Notes: generated from the letters alone by a model not told the origin. A DNA stretch of 64,000 nucleotides from Thermoplasmatales archaeon (GCA_026127935.1 JAJSLL010000002.1:30645-94644); one strand, 5' to 3'. Shown: positions 9,846 to 19,378, counted from the first letter of the stretch. Numbers and translations: made by a program.

Positions 9846-11195
9846 ATGGAAAACGAGGTTCTGAGCATTCTGCGAAAGGGTAGAACCATGGTACTTTCTA
9901 CCGAAGGGGTAGCCCTTTGGTCTGCGAAGGTGTTTTATGCTCTTGAGGGAGGACTCGTTTTCTTGGTAGAGAAGGGCAGTCTGACCCTTAAGAATATACA
10001 GAAAAATGATAGCGTCGTTTTCACGATCGATTTTGAAACTCCGGACCTGTTCATACAGGGAACCGGCAAGGTCACGGTTCTTGGGGAACCGAAGGACTTC
10101 CATAAAGAGAGAGGGACGTTGTTGTACAAGGTCCCGGAAGATACCCTGTTTGTGAAATCAGGGCACGTCCTGATTGCTAAATTATTACCAGATAACGTGA
10201 GATTCAGCGATTTTACAGCACAGCCGAAGAAAACGGATAACAAATTCAAGCCGGAGGAACTCACCGAAAATAAAACATTCAGGTACTGGAGAGCTCTAAG
10301 ACCGTGGTCATTCCAGCAGAGCGTCACCTCTCTGATATTCGGTGCCTTGCTTGCATTCCAAGTCAGCTTTTCATATCGGATCAATCTTTATCTCCTCTTC
10401 CTTTCAGTTGCAACGCTCGTCCTCGTTCACGGGGCTTTTAACGCTTACAGTGATTATTTCGATTTTACTTTGAAGACGGATAAACCTGAAGGAATGGGAT
10501 CTGCTGGAGCCAGAGTACTCATAGACAGACTCATTCCAACTGACAAATTCCTCTATTTCACAACGGGGATTTTTTTACTGGGACTCGCGCTGGGCGTCTA
10601 CCTGATTGTACTGAGACCTGTAATTATTCCTTACGTTGTTATCGGACTGATTGCTGGCCTCATCTACGGGCTACCAAAATTTGGATGGAAAAGGATCGCA
10701 CTGGGAGATCTTGCAGTCTTTCTTGCATTCGGGCCTGGAATCTTCCTAGGCTCGCTCGTTCTCCAGGGAGGAGTTGTTGGGACCCCCCAACTTCTGATCT
10801 CACTCTCACTGGGGATGATAATAGTTGCAATCCTTCACGGGAACAACTGGAGAGATATTAAGGACGACAGAGAAGCTGGGGTCAAGACAGTGGCACTCTA
10901 TCTGGGAGACAGAGGCTCTCTAATCTACTATGTATCCCTTATCTGGCTTTCCTATCCTCTATTCATCATTGCAGTAATACTGGAACCCAGACTCTTTCCT
11001 ATTCTGGGGGCTCTTCTGACGATTCCTTGGGCAATAAGACTTACTAGAATAGCAAGGAACGCAAGAAACATGAAAAGAAATCTTCTAGATATGCTGACTG
11101 CAAACTTTACATCTCTTCACATCTATTTCTCTGTGGTGTTCCTCGCAGTCTTTCTTGCAATAATTCACTTTTTCCCAACGCTACATCTCCCGTAG
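9846..11195 (+). CDS. Fusion of a PNPOx-like FMN-binding split-barrel domain and a UbiA/MenA-family polyprenyltransferase
   Basis: The N-terminal ~130 aa are soluble and PNPOx/GSP26-like. The C-terminal ~300 aa carry 8-9 TM segments with 'NAYSDYFD' and 'NNWRDIKDDREAGVKTVA' (the two Asp-rich UbiA/MenA motifs). Confidence 0.8.
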   Translation: MENEVLSILRKGRTMVLSTEGVALWSAKVFYALEGGLVFLVEKGSLTLKNIQKNDSVVFTIDFETPDLFIQGTGKVTVLGEPKDFHKERGTLLYKVPEDTLFVKSGHVLIAKLLPDNVRFSDFTAQPKKTDNKFKPEELTENKTFRYWRALRPWSFQQSVTSLIFGALLAFQVSFSYRINLYLLFLSVATLVLVHGAFNAYSDYFDFTLKTDKPEGMGSAGARVLIDRLIPTDKFLYFTTGIFLLGLALGVYLIVLRPVIIPYVVIGLIAGLIYGLPKFGWKRIALGDLAVFLAFGPGIFLGSLVLQGGVVGTPQLLISLSLGMIIVAILHGNNWRDIKDDREAGVKTVALYLGDRGSLIYYVSLIWLSYPLFIIAVILEPRLFPILGALLTIPWAIRLTRIARNARNMKRNLLDMLTANFTSLHIYFSVVFLAVFLAIIHFFPTLHLP

Positions 11196-11213
11196 CGTCA
11201 GTTCAAGAACAGG

Positions 11214-11780
11214 TCATTTTGCTAATGTCTTTTGATTTTTGACTTCAAGCACGAGATTGTTTAGCAAATCCCTCATGAACTTCTCCGCGTTTCCGTCCAC
11301 GAACTCCCCTATTTCATTAATTTTCTTGTCGACGAAATTTATGATAACTTCTGGTCTGTTTACGATCCTTGCATCAAGAAACACGAAGGATTGCCGCAGG
11401 TGGTATTGGGCTCTTGCTCCTCCCATCATGCCTGTTGAGGAGCTCATTATCGCGCCAATTTTCTTTGCAAACACATTGTTCGGAACGGATGCCCAGTCAA
11501 TTGCGTTCTTCAGGTAGCCCGGAACAGAATAATTGTATTCTGGAGTAACTATTAGGAATCCATCGGAACTGGCAATGAGATTCCTGAAATCTACGACAGG
11601 TGCATCGGGTTCCTTCAAGTGATCTGCGTTGAAAATCGGGATACTGGATATATCGGCTAACTCAAGGCTCGAGCCTTCCGGCATCAATTTTCCTGCCTTT
11701 TCCAATACCTTTTTGCTAAAGGATCCGTTTCTTAGGCTTCCTCCGATCCCCGCTATGACTGTCTTATTCCGTTGATTCAT
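11214..11780 (-). CDS. NAD(P)H-dependent FMN reductase family protein
   Basis: 188 aa with 'IAGIGGSLRNGSFSK' and 'TPEYNYSVPGYLKNAIDW'. Confidence 0.8.
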   Translation of the reverse strand: MNQRNKTVIAGIGGSLRNGSFSKKVLEKAGKLMPEGSSLELADISSIPIFNADHLKEPDAPVVDFRNLIASSDGFLIVTPEYNYSVPGYLKNAIDWASVPNNVFAKKIGAIMSSSTGMMGGARAQYHLRQSFVFLDARIVNRPEVIINFVDKKINEIGEFVDGNAEKFMRDLLNNLVLEVKNQKTLAK

Positions 11781-11913
11781 GCATCCACATTTAAACTAAG
11801 TAATTAACTTTCTTTAGTTTAGTTAAATATTCTTTAAATCTCTCTTGCCCTGGAACTCTTAGGATGCGACTTCCCATGTCATTTTAGACTCGACCAAAAT
11901 TCTTAATTGATGA

Positions 11914-12729
11914 TTGGTTGCCGTAGTCATGGAAAGTGACTTTCCGAAAATAGATACAAGGAAAATGGGTTCTACTGGAGAGAAAGTCTCTGCAATAGGA
12001 CTTGGAACTTATGGAATAAGCAATTACAAGAAAGGAGAGGAGGCATTCGCTTATGCAGTAGAGAGGGGAGTTAACCTGATCGACACCGCCGAGATCTACA
12101 ACACTGAAGATTTTGTTGGCAACGTAATAAGAAAGGTGGGAAGGGAAAATTTGTTCATAACCACTAAGGTTGCCCCCAAGAACCTAATCTCCAAGGAAAG
12201 TACTCTCAGATCAGCCAGAGGATCACTTAAAAAGTTGGGGATCAAGATAGTGGATCTTATTCTGATTCATTGGCCCCACGATACGATGAGCATCTCTGAA
12301 CAAGTGAAAAACATAGAGTCAGTCCAGAAGGAAGGGCTCACAAGATACATAGGCGTCAGCAACTTTTCGGTCGAACAAATGGAAGAAGCTAGGAGTTCCA
12401 CAAACTCTTCAGAAATTGTGTGCAACCAAGTCGAGTACAATATGTCAAAAAGGGATGTTGAAAAAGACGTGATACCATATTGTGAAGAAAATGAAATGAG
12501 TGTGGTAGCATATACGCCTATTGAAAAAGGGACTCCTAAAAGGTACAAGGGAATGAAGGAGGTGTCGATTAGCACGGGTAAGACCTCTATTCAAATCTCT
12601 CTAAATTTCCTGATGCGATATACAAGCGTAATACCGATTCCAAAATCAGAAAATTTGGAACATGTAAAGGAGATACTCGGCTCAACTGGCTGGAGATTAA
12701 AGGACAAGGAGATCGCTCTCTTAGATTGA
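11914..12729 (+). CDS. Aldo/keto reductase
   Basis: 'GLGTYG', 'IDTAEIYNTE', 'LILIHWP', 'IGVSNF', 'NQVEYN'. The real start is probably the ATG at 11929. Confidence 0.85.
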   Translation: MVAVVMESDFPKIDTRKMGSTGEKVSAIGLGTYGISNYKKGEEAFAYAVERGVNLIDTAEIYNTEDFVGNVIRKVGRENLFITTKVAPKNLISKESTLRSARGSLKKLGIKIVDLILIHWPHDTMSISEQVKNIESVQKEGLTRYIGVSNFSVEQMEEARSSTNSSEIVCNQVEYNMSKRDVEKDVIPYCEENEMSVVAYTPIEKGTPKRYKGMKEVSISTGKTSIQISLNFLMRYTSVIPIPKSENLEHVKEILGSTGWRLKDKEIALLD

Positions 12730-12769
12730 GGTTGAACCAGGGTGGAGAGTAGATCCTTCGATCAGTAAA

Positions 12770-13025
12770 TGCACTCTTTGATTCGTCGCCTGTAAATTTG
12801 CCTCCTCCCAAATAAATGGTCCTTCAAGGCAAAATAACCCTGGGCAGATTCGCTTAAATATCTAAGCGAAGCCTTTAAACATATCTCTCATGTTCATATG
12901 CAGTGTAACAAGGATTCTTACCAAATAAGCTCCTGCACTCTCTTAGGTAAATTAACAAAGATGAGTACTACTATCTTTTTCCGACAATGTTTCGGGAATG
13001 AATTGAACACAGGTAATTAGAGGCA
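12770..13025. repeat. Copy A of the dispersed junction repeat (tRNA-Gln 3'-end-like core, 22-nt palindrome, then ~170 bp homologous to the left end of the IS256-like remnant)
   Basis: 'CCCTGGGCAGATTCGCTTAAATATCTAAGCGAAGCCTTTAAAC..' compares with 24281 'CCCCGGGCAGATTCGCTTAATTATTTAAGCGAAGCCTATAAGC..'. Homology of about 70% continues to ~13025 / ~24470. Confidence 0.6.
12849..12870. repeat. 22-nt palindromic motif
   Basis: 'TTCGCTTAA-ATAT-CTAAGCGAA' followed by GCC. Confidence 0.75.
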
Positions 13026-13334
13026 GGTAAGCATAGATTATGAGTGCCAATGGTGCAGGAAGGGGACTTTATGCTGCCAAGCATTTAGAGGAGGTTGAAA
13101 GATTGAGGCAGACAGACGAAACTGAATCCACTACTACCTCTCCTGAGTCTTCAAGTATCATTCTTCAGCTTTGTCATTTTATTTGTGACTGTCGGAGTGA
13201 ATCAATCCTTACTTGATGAATGGAAGTCTGGTAAATTCCGATAGCTGAGAACGTTCCCCGCTAGTTCTACTGGATTGAGTTTTGGAGAATGTACAAGTAT
13301 TCCCCGCGTCATTAAGCTTAAATGAAGAATAAGA

Positions 13335-13763
13335 TTGATGAACCTTATGCGTAGAGAAGTTTCGCCCCTTATAGTAAAATATGGATACAGAACTCTAGCT
13401 ATACTAATTCTACTGGCTATCTTCTCCACATATCTCCTTACAGAATATTTTCTATCGGGCGAAAAAAATACTTTCTTACTTGCCCTTTCTATTATATTTT
13501 ACCCCATAACTATCATTCTATTTGTTGGTTTCAGACTGACTGTAGTTGACAGGATTCATAAGAAATATTTCCATAACGAAACTTTACTGAATAAGAGTGG
13601 AAGAGTCTCAAAGGAATCAGGGGTCGGTACCAAGGGATCTGCAAACATTTCGAATGAGGACTGGAGCTTCATATGCGACTCAAGCACGAACGTAGGAGAT
13701 ACAGTGGAGGTTGTTGGGATATTGGAAGATAATGTAACATTGAGGGTCAAAAAGGTTGCCTAA
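13335..13763 (+). CDS. NfeD-like membrane protein (2-3 TM plus C-terminal OB-fold)
   Basis: N-terminal TM helices. The C-terminus 'NEDWSFICDSSTNVGDTVEVVGILEDNVTLRVKKV' matches the NfeD C-terminal pattern. Confidence 0.5.
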   Translation: MMNLMRREVSPLIVKYGYRTLAILILLAIFSTYLLTEYFLSGEKNTFLLALSIIFYPITIILFVGFRLTVVDRIHKKYFHNETLLNKSGRVSKESGVGTKGSANISNEDWSFICDSSTNVGDTVEVVGILEDNVTLRVKKVA

Positions 13764-13958
13764 CCATCAATATTTTTCACTTCGACAATACACGCCTATT
13801 ATGGACTTTTCTATACGCGTAAAAATTATTAATTCAGACCAGAAATATCTTTTAGGAGATGCCATGTAAGAGTTATTGTAATGTTGTTTGGTGCCACGTA
13901 AATTAGTTACTTGGTGTATGTAAGTTTATTTAATATACTTTAAACGCTTTCTGGATAC

Positions 13959-14300
13959 ATGACAAAAGTTTTGTTTCTATTGATGACAGGAAAGGAGGCG
14001 CCGGAGAAGGCTTATCTGTCACTTATGACTGTGTCGAGGCAAATAAAGGCAAAGAGGTATGAAGATGCCAAGGTTCTACTGTATGGGCCGAGTGAAGAGT
14101 TTGTTGCAAATTTAGAAGGAGAGGGGAAGGACATTTTTAACGAAATAGTAAAAGCCGGAGCGGTAGACTCTGCCTGTGTCTTTATTGCCAAGAAATTCGA
14201 CGTTGAATTGAAGCTTAAATCCATGAGTGTCGATCTCCTTCCGTTTGGAGAAAGGTTGGCACATTATGTAAATAACGGCTACGAGGTAATCACTTTTTGA
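13959..14300 (+). CDS. DsrE/DsrF-like family protein
   Basis: 113 aa. 'KVLFLLMTG....AYLSL', 'VLLYGPS', 'ACVFIAK' is a pattern-level resemblance only. Confidence 0.45.
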   Translation: MTKVLFLLMTGKEAPEKAYLSLMTVSRQIKAKRYEDAKVLLYGPSEEFVANLEGEGKDIFNEIVKAGAVDSACVFIAKKFDVELKLKSMSVDLLPFGERLAHYVNNGYEVITF

Positions 14301-15490
14301 GGAGTGCTAGCGAAAGAGGTAATAAAGTATCTAAAGAGTCAGTACTCATAACCATCTTAATCATTTTATCTACCACTTTTTTTATAAGGGCCAGTAACAA
14401 TATGATGGTTACGTCAGTCCCTCTGTTGGCAAAATACTACCTTAATTTTTCTCAAACGGAAATTGGAATGATTTCCGCATTAAGTTATTTTAGTACTTTT
14501 CTGACAACATCTATCTTGAATGTTAGGCTTAATGCTGAAAAAAGGAGAATTGCATTCATCCTCTCTAACCTGATTTATGCTGTTGTGTTTATAGGATTTT
14601 GGAGATCGAATTTCATTTCAGTATGGATTCTTTCAGCGATTGGAGGGGGGGTTCTTGGACTGATAATGCCAAACATAATAACAGCTGCGAGTCTGTTCAA
14701 AGACCCAAAAGTGAGAGAGAGGGTTTTGTCTTTATACACAGTAGCTCTCAGTCTTTCGCTTGTAGCTGGTCCTGCCTTTGAATCCTATGTCTTGAAATTC
14801 TACCCTCTAAAGACTGCGTTCTTGATCTTTTCCTCTTTTGCCGTTGTTTCCGTTTCCATTTCCCCATTCATTAAGTTTCCAGAGGAGAATAGGATAAAAG
14901 GGAAAGTCAGAGTATTCAGTAATTATGGTTTCAGGTCCTCCATCCTGAATATAATGGCCTACAACATCCCTTTCGCTCTTTTAATAGCCTTCGGAGGGAT
15001 TTACGAACATGACACATATGGCATCTCCCTTTCACTTGTAACACTCTTCTTCTCCCTATTCTTCCTCTCATCCTTCATATCTAGAATGTTTCTCTTTTTT
15101 GTCCCTCCGAAAAGCATCAAGAGGCAGATGGTTCTCGCGATGACACTCTCTATAATTGGTATTACAATTATGGTGCTTTCAAGGAATATTTTTACGTTTA
15201 TTCTGTCGCTGGTCATACTTGGAATTCCTCATGGGTTTACGTATCCCCTTTCTATACTTTCGATAGCTAGGTCTTTTGAACCAAAGGAACGAAATATTGC
15301 AAATAGCTACTTCTTCTCAATTATGACAGCAATAGGGGTGGCTCTCCCACTTGTCGGAGGGACAGTTATACAAGGATATGGATTTGACTCCACTTTTACC
15401 GGCATACTTGTTCTCATTCTCATCCTTATGATAGCTCTCAATTTAAACTTCAGAGCGGAAAGAAGGTCAGGTGCTGTGATTGCAAAGTGA
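14297..15490 (+). CDS. MFS transporter
   Basis: 397 aa with ~12 TM segments. Overlaps the upstream gene by 4 nt. Confidence 0.8.
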   Translation: MRSASERGNKVSKESVLITILIILSTTFFIRASNNMMVTSVPLLAKYYLNFSQTEIGMISALSYFSTFLTTSILNVRLNAEKRRIAFILSNLIYAVVFIGFWRSNFISVWILSAIGGGVLGLIMPNIITAASLFKDPKVRERVLSLYTVALSLSLVAGPAFESYVLKFYPLKTAFLIFSSFAVVSVSISPFIKFPEENRIKGKVRVFSNYGFRSSILNIMAYNIPFALLIAFGGIYEHDTYGISLSLVTLFFSLFFLSSFISRMFLFFVPPKSIKRQMVLAMTLSIIGITIMVLSRNIFTFILSLVILGIPHGFTYPLSILSIARSFEPKERNIANSYFFSIMTAIGVALPLVGGTVIQGYGFDSTFTGILVLILILMIALNLNFRAERRSGAVIAK

Positions 15491-15624
15491 ATATACATTG
15501 CAGCCTGCTTTGGCTTTCGGCTTCATCAGGCATTGGTTAGTTTCGTCCTAAAACCCTTGAAGGTATGAGCATTCTCGATTCTGTTACGCCAACCAGCTGA
15601 AACTATTTAACTCTGCTCCGTTAA

Positions 15625-15761
15625 GTGAAATTACCTTGAAAATAGCTTATGAAGCATACCGAGATGCCTTTCCTGAGGTTGGCTGCTTTACCAACATTTG
15701 AAAGTTCATCTTTGTGACTGGAAGCGAGATAGTCATAGATGGAGGTTATTCCTCAATCTAG
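15625..15761 (+). pseudogene. C-terminal remnant of a short-chain dehydrogenase/reductase
   Basis: Translation gives '..EVGCFTNI*KFIFVTGSEIVIDGGYSSI*', the canonical SDR C-terminus ('..fvTG..i.vDGG') with an internal stop and no upstream body. Confidence 0.4.
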
Positions 15762-15915
15762 ATAATGCCCCGGTTGGACTCCTCTCTGAAAGTCGGGAAA
15801 TAAGAGGCTAGGACCACCTTGCAACCGGCGCTACTTTCGAAGTTTTTTGCAAGATTTGTATACAAATCTGAATAACTGTATTTATGCATGGCGAATTCAT
15901 TGATCAGGTGATTGA

Positions 15916-17058
15916 TTGAACGGAAAAGCAGCAATAGGAGTGATATTGGTTGTGATTATAGTGGCTGCCGTGCTGGGTTATGCATACGCAGCTGAAATGG
16001 AACAGTCAAACGGTCTCAGGAGTAGCAACAGTACTCTAGATCAGAAGGTAGCTGGTCTAAGCACGCAGGTTTCTGCGCTAACATCCAATTACACGTCACT
16101 CAAGTCAAGCTACGTAGCACTGCAGAGTGAGGTCTCACAGCTTAACGGTAACATATCTCAGCTGAATGCCGATCTCCAAAACAACCAGACTAACGTTGTC
16201 CTGGACCAGGCGTTTGCTCACTGGGATTACATAGCCATTGAAAACAAAACGCTCCTTGCACCACAGTATACACCCAATGCAACTCTCATGTGGATAGGCG
16301 GTCCACTCGCGGGAACCTACAGCGGTCTGAATTCCATAGAGTCTACATGGAACAAGTTTTTCGGACTGTGGAGCGCAGTATGGTTCTATACGGAATCGCC
16401 ACCAGTGGTCACCAGTAGCGGTGGAACATATACAGTGAATGCCACAGTGCAATGGGGATTGACATCCTTCGCCACCCCGCAGCAGGTGAACACCATTGTA
16501 ACAAACTATACAATTGAGATGCATTATTTCGGCGGGAAACCGTTGATAATCATGGAAGTATGGCATATAGTTGGTGTTGGAGTTATATCCTATCCAGCAA
16601 AAGAGGTTGAGAATCTTCAAACGGAGGCTATGATGAATGCTTCGTTTTCGCACTGGAACAATATAGCCATTGAGAACATTTCACTTGTTATGTCGCAGTA
16701 CATGCAGAACTCATCACTGCAGTGGATTGGAGGCAAACTTGCCGGAAACTACACAAATTATTCACAGATACAGTCTGTGTGGACAAAATTCTTCGGACTC
16801 TGGAATGCTGTATGGTTCTATTCAGAGGCGCCCCCCTTGATAACCATGAACTTCACGCAGGGCAGTGCTGTTTCAGGGACGGTAACTGCAGACATACAGT
16901 TCGTGGTTCAGAGTTCATCGAACACCAGTGCCTTTGACTACATCAACGTAGTTTATACCACAGACTTCGTTGTGATCAACGGGAGTTTGATAATAACCCA
17001 TGAGATATTCGATAATGTAGGCATTGGTCCTCTCTCACAGGTGTCCGCGTTTGCCTGA
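15916..17058 (+). CDS. Membrane-anchored extracellular protein: coiled coil plus two tandem NTF2/SnoaL-like domains
   Basis: N-terminal TM segment, then a heptad-like Ser/Leu/Gln region. An internal duplication is visible: 'AFAHWDYIAIENKTLLAPQYTPNATLMWIGGPLAGTYSGLNSIESTWNKFFGLWSAVWFYTESPP' vs 'SFSHWNNIAIENISLVMSQYMQNSSLQWIGGKLAGNYTNYSQIQSVWTKFFGLWNAVWFYSEAPP'. Many N-x-S/T sequons. Confidence 0.6.
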   Translation: MNGKAAIGVILVVIIVAAVLGYAYAAEMEQSNGLRSSNSTLDQKVAGLSTQVSALTSNYTSLKSSYVALQSEVSQLNGNISQLNADLQNNQTNVVLDQAFAHWDYIAIENKTLLAPQYTPNATLMWIGGPLAGTYSGLNSIESTWNKFFGLWSAVWFYTESPPVVTSSGGTYTVNATVQWGLTSFATPQQVNTIVTNYTIEMHYFGGKPLIIMEVWHIVGVGVISYPAKEVENLQTEAMMNASFSHWNNIAIENISLVMSQYMQNSSLQWIGGKLAGNYTNYSQIQSVWTKFFGLWNAVWFYSEAPPLITMNFTQGSAVSGTVTADIQFVVQSSSNTSAFDYINVVYTTDFVVINGSLIITHEIFDNVGIGPLSQVSAFA

Positions 17059-17084
17059 ACATATTTACTTTTCTTCTATACTTT

Positions 17085-17092
17085 TTTATAAA
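17085..17092 (+). promoter_or_regulatory. TATA-like box upstream of the ArsR-type regulator
   Basis: 'TTTATAAA' lies 22-29 nt upstream of the candidate TTG start at 17114. Confidence 0.3.
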
Positions 17093-17113
17093 GATTATTC
17101 ATCCACACTAGCG

Positions 17114-17440
17114 TTGAGGTACAGGGTAAACTTCCATGACGTAGAGATTGGTGATATTGAGCTGAAGAAATCGCTTTTCTGGCTTCTCATAGCCTCTCGG
17201 GGAGGCGACACGAGAATCAAGATTCTCAGCCTTCTACTAAATAACCCAACGAACAGGAATGAGCTGAGTAAAAGTCTTGGCCTGAACTACAGGACTGTGA
17301 CCCATCACCTTAGCGTGCTTTCAGAGAACAACCTAATACGTGAGGATCAGAGATATGGAGGATTGGTTTATGTGAATAGCATGTTGGAAGTGGAATTGAA
17401 GAAAATAATTGGCAAACTCATAGGGGGCAAAACGGAATGA
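17114..17440 (+). CDS. ArsR/SmtB-type winged-helix transcriptional regulator
   Basis: 'RIKILSLLLNNPTNRNELSKSLGLNYRTVTHHLSVLSENNLI'. The tracked ORF (from 17024) overlaps the upstream gene, so the internal TTG at 17114 is preferred. Confidence 0.7.
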   Translation: MRYRVNFHDVEIGDIELKKSLFWLLIASRGGDTRIKILSLLLNNPTNRNELSKSLGLNYRTVTHHLSVLSENNLIREDQRYGGLVYVNSMLEVELKKIIGKLIGGKTE

Positions 17441-17724
17441 TCGGAATACCATGGCTTGTGAACCTTGTGATGGAGGGAGCTGAAATAGCCATATTTTTGG
17501 CCATCCTTCTTTCATTCGTCGATACCTACAGGAGAAATGGGCAGGGAGTGATGCTTAAGCTCATACTGTTCTCGGCGTTCATGGTCGTGTTTGAATCACT
17601 TCTTGTCTACCTTACGTACTTCCTCTCTGCAAGGTTCGGTCTGAGTCTAGCTTCTATGGTTATGTTGCTGAACGCTTTCCTGATAGCTGCATTGTACTTA
17701 ATGCTCCGCGTAGTCAGCTCCTGA
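17437..17724 (+). CDS. Small 3-TM membrane protein, translationally coupled to the ArsR-type regulator
   Basis: ATGA start/stop overlap at 17437-17440. 95 aa, strongly hydrophobic. Confidence 0.5.
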   Translation: MIGIPWLVNLVMEGAEIAIFLAILLSFVDTYRRNGQGVMLKLILFSAFMVVFESLLVYLTYFLSARFGLSLASMVMLLNAFLIAALYLMLRVVSS

Positions 17725-17972
17725 TGAGATTCGCTCTATTAATATCGATTTCTAATTTCAAAGGCTCCTCGTTCATAATGTGAAAAGGGAGGTCCTCATA
17801 TTGAATTTACGAGTTTATTCTGGGAATATGATAAGTTAAGGAGAATCAATGGACATTGCATCTAGAAAGGTCTTGATATAGCTCTTTGACTACTTGAAAA
17901 ATGACCACTTATAGTGATCTTCAACACAGTTCCTGATACATTTATAGTTCAAATAAGAATCATCACATTGGA

Positions 17973-18768
17973 TCATCGTAAGATGTTTCCCCTTAGTCTA
18001 TCGAAGAACTTCCCTGCCTCCTCGTAATCTCTAGCAAGGATTATATCTTTCAGGTACTCTAACCTGGAGGTTATCGTTTCTAGCTGCTTTATTGATTCTG
18101 GGCTGAAAAGTATTTCAGAAAGGAGACTGTTGTCTTCTGACAATATACCTTTCGCTAGTTCCATATGTTTCCTGAAGTTGGTTCCTGGTATGTCCTTTGT
18201 GTCTACACACGCAACGAATACCATTGAAGAAGAGAATGGTAACGTCAGGGAATATGTCATCATGGAGTCATGTTCACTGAACGAAATTCGTACAACTTCA
18301 ACCCCATCTTTTCGTAAAATCCGCGAAAAATGTTCTTCCCAACTTCGTGTGATTCTCTTATGATTATTGCGCTCTCGCCCTTTGGTTCCTTCATATCCGC
18401 GTTAGTAGGCCCAAACATGGGGTAAGTCGAAACGAACCTGTACCCGCTGTGAAGATAATAAGTTGACATATCTCACTTGATAGATGATATATCCGCCAAT
18501 GTGCACCCCTTTGAAATGTATGGAACAACATCCTCAAACACTCTTACTGTGTTTCCAAGGGTGACAGCGTTGATCAGTATGTCTGGCCGATAGCCGCTGA
18601 TATCACTGGGCGACGATAGCACCTCCACCCCAAGATTCCGGCCCTTTTATTCGGATCAGCATCGTATACAGCTATATCCCAGTCCTCTTTCAGAACATTG
18701 ACAAGCCACTTTCCCTTCCTTCCCGTGCCTACGATTGTTGCCCTCTTAATTCCCAACTCCCATGGCAT
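17973..18768 (-). pseudogene. tyrA: Prephenate dehydrogenase (TyrA), frameshifted into at least 3 pieces
   Basis: The pieces are 'ATIVGTGRKGKW' (NAD fold, 18574-18768), 'STYPMFGPTNADMKEPKGESAIII' (18260-18469) and the C-terminal helical part (17973-18263). A linker piece 'LINAVTLGNTVRVFEDVVPYISKGVHIGG' lies in a third frame. Confidence 0.7.
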
Positions 18769-19130
18769 CCCAACAGTCTAAATCCAACAGTACCACGCTT
18801 AATTTTCTTCAGGGCTCTTTCTACGTTGCTTTCGGAATAATGCCCCTTAAAGTCTATCAGGAACTTTGATCTGCCAGTAGAGTCCCTCGAGGGAATAGAC
18901 TCGATCATTGTCAAATTTATCCCCTCATCCTTAAATACGTTCAGTACCGTTGTTAGCGCGCCGACTCTGTCATCTGTCAAGAACGTGATGGAGCACTTAT
19001 TTCCCTTTCTACGGAGCTTCTCTCTAGAAAGAACGATGAATCTGGTATAATTGTATCTTGAATCCTCAATCTCCTCCTTGAGGACGTTTAATCCATAGAT
19101 ACTGGAGCATGCTTTACTTGCGATGGACAT
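18729..19130 (-). pseudogene. pheA: Prephenate dehydratase remnant (only the end of the PDT domain plus the ACT domain)
   Basis: 'IASKACSSIYGLNVLKEEIEDSRYNYTRFIVL' plus ACT with 'IESIPSRD' (the ESRP-like motif). About 130 N-terminal residues are missing and not recoverable upstream. Confidence 0.7.
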
Positions 19131-19157
19131 ACTAGGGGATATCTCTTACACCAAATG

Positions 19158-19230
19158 TCAGATTCCTGAAGGATTCCCTTGCTAATTTAAGCAAAGCCAT
19201 TAAATCTAATCTTCACTCTTAGATAAAATA
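19158..19230. repeat. Degenerate copy D of the junction repeat
   Basis: 'TCAGATTCC[TGAAGGATTCC]CTTGCTAATTTAAGCAAAGCCATTAAATC' compares with 'GCAGATTCGCTTAATTATTTAAGCGAAGCCTATAAGC'. Confidence 0.35.
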
Positions 19231-19378
19231 GCGCTAGAACTCATAGCAGGTTTTCAAACTCCTCGGCAATTGGTCCTGATTGAGTAATTATTGCTCTGGA
19301 CGTACCCCTTTTCAGTTCTCTATGTAGAGGAACCGTTATTGTTCGGTTTCCTCTCCTTCCCGACGCATAATCATATGG

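Noticed and set aside
13040-13216. A 58-aa ORF 'MSANGAGRGLYAAKHLEEVERLRQ...' just right of repeat copy A.
   Set aside because: It is below the cutoff, has no motif, and lies in an IS-relic/intergenic region. There is no supporting signal.
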